From positions 34,704 through 98,703 of the forward strand of contig JAUCBJ010004507.1 in NCBI GenBank assembly GCA_032718475.1: DNA of 64,000 nucleotides, read 5' to 3'. Shown piece after piece: positions 36,469 through 48,100 of the stretch (its first letter is position 1; each line of letters opens with the position of its first letter). The notes beneath the pieces were generated by a model. That model was not told where the DNA came from. It made no database searches and worked only from the letters and a program-made list of their open reading frames with translations. Position numbers and translations under genes: made by a program. This DNA comes from Nemertoderma westbladi (taxonomy: Eukaryota > Animalia > Xenacoelomorpha).

Positions 36469-39400
36469 GACCTTTAACCCTATTGAATCTGTGACCCTGT
36501 GGGACCTTTAACCCTATTGAATCTCAGACCCTGTGGAACCTTTAACCCTATTGAATCTGTGACCCTGTGGAACCTTTCACCCTATTGAATCTGTGACCCT
36601 GTGGAACCTTTCACCCTATTGAATCTGTGACCCTGTGGAACCTTTAACCCTATTGAATCTGTGACCCTGTGGAACCTTTAACCCTATTGAATCTGTGACC
36701 CTGTGGAACCTTTCACCCTATTGAATCTGTGACCCTGTGGAACCTTTCACCCTATTGAATCTGTGACCCTGTGGAACCTTTAACCTTATTGAATCTGTTA
36801 CCATGTGGAATCTTTAACCCTATTGAATCTCTGACCCTGTGGAACCTTTGATCCTATTGAATCTGTGACCCTGTGGTACCTTTAACCTTATTGAATCTGT
36901 TACCATGTGGAATCTTTAACCCTATTGAATTTGACCCTGTGGAACCTTTCACCCTATTGAATCTGTGACCCTGTGGAACCTGTAACCCTATTGAATCTCT
37001 GACCCTGTGGAACCTTTAACCCTATTGAATCTGTGACCCTGTGGAACCTTTAACCCTATTGAATCTCTGACCCTGTGGAACCTTTGATCCTATTGAATCT
37101 GTGACCCTGTGGAACCTTTAACCCTATTGAATCTGTGACCCTGTGGAACCTTTCACCCTATTGAATCTGTGACCCTGTGGAACCTTTAACCCTATTGAAT
37201 CTGTGACCCTGTGGAACCTTTAACCCTATTGAATCTCTGACCCTGTGGAACCTTTAACCCTATTGAATCTGTGACCCTGTGGAACCTTTAACCCTATTGA
37301 ATCTGTGACCCTGTGGAACCTTTAACCCTATTGAATCTGTGACCCTGTGGAACCTTTAACCCTATTGAATCTCTGACCCTGTGGAACCTTTAACCCTATT
37401 GAATCTGTGACCCTGTGGAACCTTTAACCCTATTGAATCTGTGACCCTGTGGTACCTTTAACCCTATTGAATCTGTGACCCTGTGGAACCTTTAACCCTA
37501 TTGAATCTCTGACCCTGTGGAACCTTTAACCCTATTGAATCTGTGACCCTGTGGAACCTTTAACCCTATTGAATCTCTGACCCTGTGGAACCTTTAACCC
37601 TATTGAATCTCTGACCCTGTGGAACCTTTAACCCTATTGAATCTGTGACCCTGTGGAACCTTTAACCCTATTGAATCTGTGACCCTGTGGAACCTTTGAC
37701 CCTATTGAATCTGTGACCCTGTGGAACCTTTAACCCTATTGAATCTGTGACCCTGTGGAACCTTTAACCCTATTGAATCTCTGACCCTGTGGTAACCTTT
37801 AACCCTATTGAATCTGTGACCCTGTGGAACCTTTAACCCTATTGAATCTGTGACCCTGTGGAACCTTTGATCCTATTGAATCTGTGACCCTGTGGAACCT
37901 TTAACCCTATTGAATCTGTGACCCTGTGGAACCTTTAACCCTATTGAATCTGTGACCCTGTGGAACCTTTAACCCTATTGAATCTGTGACCCTGTGGAAC
38001 CTTTAACCCTATTGAATCTCTGACCCTGTGGAACCTTTAACCCTATTGAATCTGTGACCCTGTGGAACCTTTAACCCTATTGAATCTGTGACCCTGTGGA
38101 ACCTTTAACCCTATTGAATCTGTGACCCTGTGGAACCTTTAACCCTATTGAATCTGTCACCCTGTGGAACCTTTAACCCTATTGAATCTGTGACCCTGTG
38201 GAACCTTTCACCCTATTGAATCTCTGACCCTGTGGAACCTTTAACCCTATTGAATCTCTGACCCTGTGGAACCTTTAACCCTATTGAATCTGTGACCCTG
38301 TGGAACCTTTAACCATATTGAATCTGTGACCCTGTGGAACCTTTCACCCTATTGAATCTGTGACCCTGTGGAACCTTTCACCCTATTGAATCTCTGACCC
38401 TGTGGAACCTTTAACCCTATTGAATCTGTGACCCTGTGGAACCTTTCACCCTATTGAATCTCTGACCCTGTGGAACCTTTAACCCTATTGAATCTGTGAC
38501 CCTGTGGAACCTTTCACCCTATTGAATCTCTGACCCTGTGGAACCTTTAACCCTATTGAATCTGTGACCCTGTGGAACCTTTCACCCTATTGAATCTGTG
38601 ACCCTGTGGAACCTTTAACCCTATTGAATCTCTGACCCTGTGGAACCTTTAACCCTATTGAATCTGTGACCCTGTGGAACCTTTAACCCTATTGAATCTG
38701 TGACCCTGTGTAACCTTTGACCCTGTTGAACATTTAACCCTGTTGAACCTTTGACCCTGTGGATCCTTTGACCCTGGGGAACCTTTGGCACTGTGGGACA
38801 TTTGACCCGGTGGAACCTTTAACCCTATTGAATCTGTGACCCTGTGTAACCTTTGACCCTGTTGAACATTTAACCCTATTGAATCTCTGACCCTGTGGAA
38901 CCTTAAACCTATTGAATCTCTGACCCTGTGGAACCTTTAACCCTATTGAATCTCTGACCCTGTGGAACCTTTAACCCTATTGAATCTGTGACCCTGTGGA
39001 ACCTTTCACCCTATTGAATCTGTGACCCTGTGGAACCTTTAACCCTATTGAATCTGTGACCCTGTGGAACCTTTAACCCTATTGAATCTCTGACCCTGTG
39101 GTACCTTTAACCCTATTGAATCTGTGACCCTGTGGAACCTTTAACCCTATTGAATCTGTGACCCTGTGGAACCTTTCACCCTATTGAATCTGTGACCCTG
39201 TGGTACCTTTAACCCTATTGAATCTCTGACCCGGTGGAACCTTTAACCTTATTGAATCTGTGACCCTGTGGAACCTTTAACCCTATTGAATCTCTGACCC
39301 TGTGGAACCGTTAACCCTATTGAATCTCTGACCCGGTGTAACCTTTAACACTATTGAATCTGTCACCCAGTGGGAACCTTTAACCCTATTGAATCTGTCA

Positions 39401-41308
39401 CGCAGTGGAACCTTTAACCCTATTGAATAAGTGACCCTGTGGAACCTTTCACCCTATTGAATCTGTTACCCTGTGGAACCTTTAACCCTATTAAACCTGT
39501 GACCCTGTGGAACCTTTAACCCTATTGAATCTCTGACCCTGTGGAACCTTTAACCCTATTGAATCTCTGACCCTGTGGAACCTTTAACCCTATTGAATCT
39601 CTGACCCTGTGGAACCTTTAATCCTATTGAATCTGTTACCATGTGGAACCTTTAACCCTATTGAATCTGTGACCCTGTGGAACCTTTAACCCTATTGAAT
39701 CTTTGACCCTGTGGAACCTTTCACCCATGAATCTGTTACCCTGTGGAACCTTTAACCCTATTGAATCTCTGACCCTGTGGAATCTTTAACCCTATTGAAT
39801 CTGTGACCCTGTGGAACCTTTAACCCTATTGAATCTCTGACCCTGTGGAACCTTTGATCCTATTGAATCTGTGACCCTGTGGAACCTTTAACCCTATTGA
39901 ATCTGTGACCCTGTGGGACCTTTAACCCTATTGAATCTCTGACCCTGTGGTACCTTTAACCCTATTGAATCTGTAACCCTGTGGAACCTTTAACCCTATT
40001 GAATCTGTTACCATGTGGAACCTTTAACCCTATTGAATCTGTGACCCTGTGGAACCTTTAACCCTATTGAATCTTTGACCCTGTGGAACCTTTCACCCAT
40101 GAATCTGTTACCCTGTGGAACCTTTAACCCTATTGAATCTCAGACCCTGTGGAACCTGTGACCCTATTGAATCTGTGACCCTGTGGAACCTTTAACCCTA
40201 TTGAATCTCTGACCCTGTGGAACCTTAACCCTATTGAATCTCTGACCCTGTGGAACCTTTAACCCTATTGAATCTGTCACCCAGTGGGAACCTTTAACCC
40301 TATTGAATCTGTCACGCAGTGGAACCTTTAACCCTATTGAATAAGTGACGCTGTGGAACCTTTAACCCTATTGAATCTCTGACCCTGTGGAACCTTTAAC
40401 CTTATTGAATCTCTGACCCTGTGGAACCTTTAACCCTATTGAATCTGTGACCCTGTGGAACCTTTAACCCTATTGAATCTGTGACCCTGTGTAACCTTTG
40501 ACCGTGTTGAACCTTCGACCCTGTTGAACCTTTGACCCTGTGGATCCTTTGACCCTGGGGAACCTTTGGCACTGTGGGACATTTGACCCGGTGGAACCTT
40601 TAACCCTATTGAATCTCTGACCCGGTGTAACCTTTAACACTATTGAATCTGTCACCCAGTGGGAACCTTTAACCCTATTGAATCTGTCACGCAGTGGAAC
40701 CTTTAACCCTATTGAATAAGTGACCCTGTGGAACCTTTCACCCTATTGAATCTGTTACCCTGTGGAATCTTTAACCCTATTGAATCTCTGACCCTGTGGA
40801 ACCTTTAACCCTATTGAATCTCTGACCCTGCCTGTGGAACCTTTAACCCTATTGAATCTCTGACCCTGTGGAACCTTTAACCCTATTGAATCTCAGACCC
40901 TGTGGAACCTTTAACCTTATTGAATCTCTGACCCTGTTGAACCTTTAACCCTATTGAATCTGTGACCCTGTGTAACCTTTGACCTTGTTGAACCTTTGAC
41001 CCTGTTGAACCTTTGACCCTGTGGATCCTTTGACCCTGGGGAACCTTTGGCACTGTGGGACATTTGACCCGGTGGAACCTTTGACCCTGTTGAACCTTTG
41101 ACCCTGTTGAACCTTTGACCCTGTGGAACCTTTGACCCTGGGGAACCTTTCGCCCTGTGGAACATTTGACCCGGTGGAACCTTTGACCCTGGGGAACCTT
41201 TGGCCCTGTGGAACATTTGACCCGGTGGAACCTTAACCCTATTGAACCTTTGGCCCTGGGGAACCTTTGGCCCTGTGGAACATTTGACCCGGTGGAACCT
41301 TTGACCCA
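36469..41308. repeat. 34-bp minisatellite (GACCCTGTGGAACCTTT-AACCCTATTGAATCTGT)n, a dimer of 17-mers
   Basis: 34-bp periodicity that resolves into 17-bp monomers at the right end. Confidence 0.97.
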
Positions 41309-42163
41309 GTATGTATTCAACAAAGTTGAGGTTTCACGAAAATTCCAGATTACAGAAAGGTTGAAACTAACCAAATCAATAAACGAATTAGTATTTCTAC
41401 TAATACTGTACTACATTATAGCTATACTGTAGCTATAGAAATATAAGCCATGAAACACTTAATATGGTTAAATTAAAAAAAATACCAATTCTACATTTTC
41501 AATTCGACCGAAAAGTGAAAAACGGTGTTTTTCAGGTGGGCGATTGTCTGGAACTCATTAAATAGCGACACAAAACAAAGTAAATCTAAAAAAAACACTA
41601 AGTAGGTAATTATAATTCAAATCAATGAAATAAAATAATCTGAAGCGATGTCTGCCTTGTATCCTTAATGGTAGCTAAATAGGTACTTGAGTTTCCTCTG
41701 GGGAGTATAGTTCTGGGGGGGACCTCATGGAAATAAGTCGTCAGACTTTGTCCAGTTTATTGTTTTTGTTTTTATCAACAAGCCTTTATAACCTGCTTCT
41801 TTACTAACCTGCCTACAAGTGTGAAAGTGTGTGTTGGCGTAGCGCTTTACACCCACCCACCCCCCCCCCCCCCCCCCCGCACCAAGGTGGAACTAAAAAG
41901 TCTATCCTCGTAACTACCAGTTTATAAAGCTGGAACCGATGATTAAATAAAATAGTATGACAATCAGGTGAAAGTAAACGGTAAAAAAAGAACCTTGGTA
42001 AACGGAAAGTAAAAGGTCCGACTATGATGTGATGTTGCAAATTACATCGACTATGCGCTATTAATCGCACATGTGAAGAATACCAGGATTTCACTTTTCG
42101 GTCGACTTTTTATTGGAATTTTATATATGAAGATTTTTTATTTTTTTTTTATTTATCTTTTAA

Positions 42164-43639
42164 TTAACTTTGCCCCCTTTTAGCTACAGAAGTAAGATAT
42201 GTTCTTAGAACCTTATCGCCTTTCAACTCCTCAATATCGTTGACAAGTTCTACGGCTTCTAATGCGGATATGTTTTCGTATTTAAATGGGGGTTGAGAGA
42301 AATGATATGTTGTAGAAACTCTAGGCTTCTTTCCATCATTGTGTAACCTATACAGCTTATCCGATTCAGTTTCCATTGAAATGTATCTCGTTAATTCATC
42401 CACCTCAATATTGTGGCCATCAGTCCAGGTAAGTAGTTCTTGTCCTTCCGACACGTTGACAATAAATATCATGAATGTTAGTTGACTATCACTAAACGTA
42501 GCCACATTCAGTTGTTGCTGATGGCTAGCCGTGTTGATAAACCGAGGCCAGTTAGAGAACCTAGTATCTTCGGATATCCCGGAATCCACTTCTGGCCTAT
42601 CTATATTTCTCGTTGTTGTCAACCTTACAACAGTACCTTTCGGTATATTTTCAACAGCAAACGCCCCCAACCAGCCACCGTAGATTTGTGATTGTTTAAT
42701 AACTACACAAGATGGCGTCGTTAGCATTGCTCTGTTCAACATACCTGGAATGGTTAGATAATCTTTTAGAATAAATATATCTTCGATATTTAGAACTAGG
42801 GGATGGATTTTTGTAAATATATATTTTTGAATGTAATTTGATTGATTTTCCAAAATAGGTGACCCTGTGGTTGATCTCTTTGTGAGGGAGCTAAAATCAA
42901 TTTTATTACAATCATCTGTCCAACCCTTTAGTTCATTATCCCTCTTGCAGTTTCCGGACTTTATATGCATTTCATCCTGATAAATTTCTGTTTGAATAAC
43001 ACTTTCTTCGAAAGAGGGAATAATAAAATAGTTTGGCCTGAACTTAACATATTCCATCCCATACCAGGTAAGAAGTTCTGTGCCTTTGTCAATGGTACGC
43101 ATGGCTATCAAGTAGACGTGTTCATGGTAGTCTATTGAAACTACATTCTGCTCCTGCATAAAGTTCGCCGAGTTGATGTACCTCGGCCAATTCGATGACT
43201 CGCGATTTTCCGCATTTACTCGCAAGATAAGAGAAGGATCACCGCGTTTTGGGATTCCCCAGGAGTAAGATGTTTCATTACCATTTGTAAAGTTGTCCGG
43301 GTGCTCTAGCAATCCACCGCATTCGAAAAAGGTTCCCAAAGGTATATCTCTAGCAGCGAATGCACCCAATCCCGCCCCTGGTAGAGTCGACGTGCGTAAT
43401 TCTATCCAATCCCTAGGTGTAGTTAATATCGATCGATTCGGAGTTCCCATTGGAATGTAGTTCTCGGGTAGAAAAGTTAACGATCCTTGTATTGGGTTGT
43501 CATGTGAGATTTGTTTGTTATAAATATTTCTCAGATTGTTCGTCAGACTTTTGATCAAGTTCCCTGTATACTCCCTATAAACAACAGCGAAGATAATCAC
43601 TATTAAGACGACCTTGAAGTACATCCTTAGATGTCCCAT
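42164..43639 (-). CDS. Tandem PR/SET-domain protein (PRDM7/9-like domains) with N-terminal hydrophobic anchor and no zinc fingers; 491 aa from the ATG at 43639
   Basis: Domain 1: PNRSILT, STLPGAGLGAFA, YSW, SNWPRYIN, EQNV, ELLTWYG. Domain 2: NRAMLT, GGWLGAFA, SNWPRFIN, ELLTWTD. N-terminus MGHLRMYFKVVLIVIIFAVVYR. Uninterrupted ORF; the start could alternatively be spliced from upstream. Confidence 0.85.
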   Translation of the reverse strand: MGHLRMYFKVVLIVIIFAVVYREYTGNLIKSLTNNLRNIYNKQISHDNPIQGSLTFLPENYIPMGTPNRSILTTPRDWIELRTSTLPGAGLGAFAARDIPLGTFFECGGLLEHPDNFTNGNETSYSWGIPKRGDPSLILRVNAENRESSNWPRYINSANFMQEQNVVSIDYHEHVYLIAMRTIDKGTELLTWYGMEYVKFRPNYFIIPSFEESVIQTEIYQDEMHIKSGNCKRDNELKGWTDDCNKIDFSSLTKRSTTGSPILENQSNYIQKYIFTKIHPLVLNIEDIFILKDYLTIPGMLNRAMLTTPSCVVIKQSQIYGGWLGAFAVENIPKGTVVRLTTTRNIDRPEVDSGISEDTRFSNWPRFINTASHQQQLNVATFSDSQLTFMIFIVNVSEGQELLTWTDGHNIEVDELTRYISMETESDKLYRLHNDGKKPRVSTTYHFSQPPFKYENISALEAVELVNDIEELKGDKVLRTYLTSVAKRGQS

Positions 43640-43740
43640 TACGGTGGCTTGTGGAAAACTAGATATATAAGCAAATATAATATACATACACAACCACCAA
43701 CAGTCAACAAATATTTTTTATTCTAATTGTTATAATATTA

Positions 43741-43796
43741 GTTGATTAATGGTACCCCTACGCTAAGGCTCACTCACTTCGTGGCTCGCCCCACAT
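43741..43796 (-). mobile_element. 5' head of the same HINE family
   Basis: Minus strand GTGGGGCGAGCCACGAAG...GAGCCTTAGCG...GGTACCA matches the heads at 11294 and 34336. Confidence 0.7.
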
Positions 43797-44149
43797 TTAC
43801 AGGTTTAATAAATATTTGATATAAATAAATCATAACGAAATCCTTTGATGATACAACTACCTTAAAACTTCGGATGCCAAAATTATAATAATTGTTTCCT
43901 CTGTTGCGGACAAGATTTTGTATAATAATAATAATATTGTGCCAAGAATTTGAATTTCTACTGGTGGGGGTGACGGGTACTCTACAGAAACGTTTAGTTG
44001 ACTATAGCAGTAGCCGCATGGCAATATTTGAAACGCCACTAATAGAATGCCACCCCAAATTAGATTATTTGACACCAAAATAAATTATTTAGCACCAAAT
44101 TTTTTTTTTTCTAGCACCAATTTACATCCCCCAAATTTTGAATATCTCT

Positions 44150-45976
44150 ACCACCAAAACCAATTATTCATCCCCCAAAAACCAATTATTCATCCCCCAA
44201 AAACCAATTATTCATCCCCCAAAACCAATTATTCATCCCCCATAAACAATTATACATTCCCCAAAAATAATTATTCACCCCGCTAAAACAATTATTCACC
44301 CCCCAAAGACAATTATTGATTTTCCCAAAAACAATTATTCATCCCCAAAAAAATTATTCACCCCGCAAAAACAATATTTCATCTACCAAAAACAATTATT
44401 CTTCCCCAAAAACTATTATTCATCCCCCAAAACCAATTATTCATCCCCCATAAACAATTATACATCCCCCAAAAACAATTATTCACCCTGCAAAAACAAT
44501 ATTTGATCCACCAAAAACAATTATTCTTCCCCAAAAAACTATTATTCATCCCCCAAAACCAATTATTCATCCCCCATAAACAATTATTCATCCCCCCAAA
44601 AACAATTATTCATCTTCCATAAACAATTATTAATCTCCCATAAACAATTATTCATCCCCCATAAACAATATTCATCCCCCCAAAAACAATTATTCATCTC
44701 CCAAAACCAATTATTCATCCCTCCAAAAACAATTATTCACCCCCAAAAACAATTATTCACCCCCATAAACAATTATTCATCCCCCATATACAATTATTCA
44801 TCCACCATATACAATTATTCATCTCCCATAAACAATTATTCACCCCCAAAATCCATTATTCACCCAATTATACATCTCCCATATACAATTATTCATCTCC
44901 CATAAACAATTATTCACCCCCAAAAACAATTATTCCCCCCAAAAAACAATTATTCATCTCCCATATACAATTATTCATCTCCCATAAACAATTATTCACC
45001 CCCAAAAACATTTATTCACCCCCAAAAACAATTATTAATCTCCCATAAACAATTATTCACCCCAAAACCAATTATTCATCCCCCAAAAACAATTATTCAT
45101 CTCCCATAAACAATTATTCACCCCAAAACCAATTATTCATCCCCCAAAAACAATTATTCATCTCTCATAAACAATTATTCACCCCCAATAACAATTATTC
45201 ACCCCCAAAAACAATTATTCATCTCCCATATACAATTATTCATCTCCCATAAACAATTATTCAGCCCCAAATACAATTATTCACCCCCAAGAACAATTAT
45301 TCATCTGCCATAAACAATTATTCACCCCTAAAAACAATTATTCATCCCCCATATACAATTATTCATCTCCCATAAACAATTATTCACCCCTAAAAACAAT
45401 TATTCATCCCCCATATACAATTATTCATCTCCCATAAACAATTATTCACCCCCAATAACAATTATTCACCCCCAAAAACAATTATTCATCTCCCATATAC
45501 AATTATTCATCTCCCATAAACAATTATTCACCCCCAAAAACAATTATTCATCTCCCGTATACAATTATTCATCTCCCATAAACAATTATTCACCCCTAAA
45601 AACAATTATTCATCCCCCATATACAATTATTCATCTCCCATAAACAATTATTCACCCCTAAAAACAATTATTCATCCCCCATATACAATTATTCATCTCC
45701 CATAAACAATTATTCACCCCTAAAAACAATTATTCATCCCCCATATACAATTATTCATCTCCCATAAACAATTATTCACCCCTAAAAACAATTATTCATC
45801 TCCCATATACAATTATTCATCTCCCATAAACAATTATTCACCCCTAAAAACAATTATTCATCCCCCATATACAATTATTCATCTCCCATAAACAATTATT
45901 CACCCCTAAAAACAATTATTCATCCCCCATATACAATTATTCATCTCCCATAAACAATTATTCATCTCCCGTATAC
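44150..45976. repeat. 20-21-bp diverged minisatellite (AAACAATTATTCATCCCCCAT)n
   Basis: ACAATTATTCA core recurring every 20-22 bp; resumes at 47598-47631. Confidence 0.95.
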
Positions 45977-47597
45977 ATTTCATTTCATTTCATTGTTTTA
46001 ATCAAATAAAATTGACATAAAATTGCACAAGAACATATAATAAAAGTGCACAAGATTGACACATTAAAATCAGTATAAGACATTCAGAGATACAAATTAA
46101 AATTTAAAAATTACACAGCACAGATTAAAATTTACAATAAGATGTCATAGGCGTATGTATATATATAATAAGTGTGCAATAAGTGTGCATAAGTATATAC
46201 ATAATCAGTAGATTGTGTTTATTATTGGTTTGGTATGAGATTTGGGCAAAGTTAAATAAGAAACAATAGTTGAAATAACATTATGATTGACATTGATTAT
46301 GAAGCAAAAAGAGACAATATTTATACATTATGCAGTTCATTAGTTAGGTTCACAGACATCAAATGAAGCGATAGTAATGTAATAATGATTTGATTGATAC
46401 GGAAATTAATTACCGGTAGGGTGGAAACAAGCAGGATTACGATTTGGATGGTTAATAACAAGACTAATAGCATGACAGCCAGTCGACGGTAGTTGGTTTG
46501 ATAGCATAGTGGTAGTATTTAATAGCTGTACATATAAAATTGGTGACTAAGTCACCCAGTCACGAGAGCACAGCTAAACCGTTATGTTGGTTGATGTAAG
46601 TGATTCATCTCAATATACACAATACAATTTTTATAACTTTAATTTTGGAAGTCACTAATCCAGCATTAAGGTAAAATAACGAGTGTTAGTACTAATGATC
46701 TGTGTGTGTGGTGTGGTATTATACATTAAAGTATTCCCTGATTCGTTGATTTTTAATGGAGAAATGTTCTCTTCTGAGGGTAAATACAGATGTGATGAAA
46801 TCAATATGTCGATCTTCAATGTAACTTGTTGTGCCTTCACAGACGTATTTCATTAGAGACTTCTTGTTGTACACTGAATTTAAAAGTGAGTTGGTAGATG
46901 GAATTGCGTACTCCTGATTTGCTCTGTTATAAGTTCCACCTAGTCCTAAGTAATTGTCTTTAGAAGTATTACAAGATTTATCAAGGTTAATACGGAGGCA
47001 GTATTGGAGGGTGAGGCTAGGACAGTACTTCACTCGCTGGATAAGTCTGAGCATACTCTTGAAAGCTTCGTTTGACAGATTTCCTGTGTTAAAGAGCCCT
47101 ATTACAGTGCTGTTACTCAAGTAGTTGCCGACGCATAGTAGTCCCCTCAGATGTTTTCGGTAGTAAGCATCGAGTGATTTCACTTGTGTATCAGTAAGTG
47201 TGCCAATTTGGAAGGTAAGATTATAGAGTAGAGAAGGTAATGCGCATGAGTTCCAAATTTTTCTAACGTCCTTTACCTCATGCTTACGCGATGTCCAACC
47301 ATTTCTGTGGAAAATCTCCGATAGCAACGTGATTTTGCAGATAACATCATGGTAAGCTGTAATGGGCTCATGAAATACCTTATAGCCGAGAAATGTTATG
47401 CTCCTACTAAAGGGAACAAGATCACCCATCAGGTTAAGGAAGCATGGTATATACTTGTTACTTCTAGGGGGCTTGCAGTACGTCCATTTTGTTTTATCAG
47501 TGGCTATGCCAAGTCCAATTTTTCTGAGTGACTCATTTAGGCGTGCACTCATCATTTCAATTTCACTGGATAATGTAGATATTAGGAGTATGTCATG
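45977..47597 (-). mobile_element. 5'-truncated non-LTR retrotransposon (clade uncertain, CR1/L2-group-like tail)
   Basis: ORF 46719-47597 begins at DILL (catalytic DD region), then GL...KT, FLG and a C-terminal region; long 3' UTR; ATTAAA plus (ATGAA)n tail. Confidence 0.8.
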
Positions 47598-48100
47598 ACA
47601 ATTATTCATCTCCCGTATACAATTATTCATCTATAAAAACCGTTTATGACTAAATGCTGCATAAATAAGTTTGACAAGTTCCAGTGGTTAGAAACTAAAG
47701 AAAAAAAAGTGTAAAGGAAGAAATATATAAATCAAGCGTAAAGTTTGGGCAGCTATGAACCAGCTTTTGTATCGAGGAGCGCAGTATAACCTGTGTACTA
47801 ATGCAGTCACTCGCTGCTCCCAGCGCTCCAATTCTCAAGATAATGTACCAAAATCCATCTCTGTAACCTGCTCCTTTCCCTCAATTGGTGATAACATAGT
47901 ATCAACATTGTTACTTATCAATTCAGGGTGTGTAAAAAATGTACATTATCAGCTGTTGTTTAAGTCGATTTTCCCCTGTAGTGGGTTGTTTATCACTTTT
48001 ATTGATATAATTATTATATTTTAGGTCGCAAGTTATTAGCGCTATTCTTGGTAGTTATAACTCCAACGTTGATAAATATTCTTCAACTTCGCATTTACAA

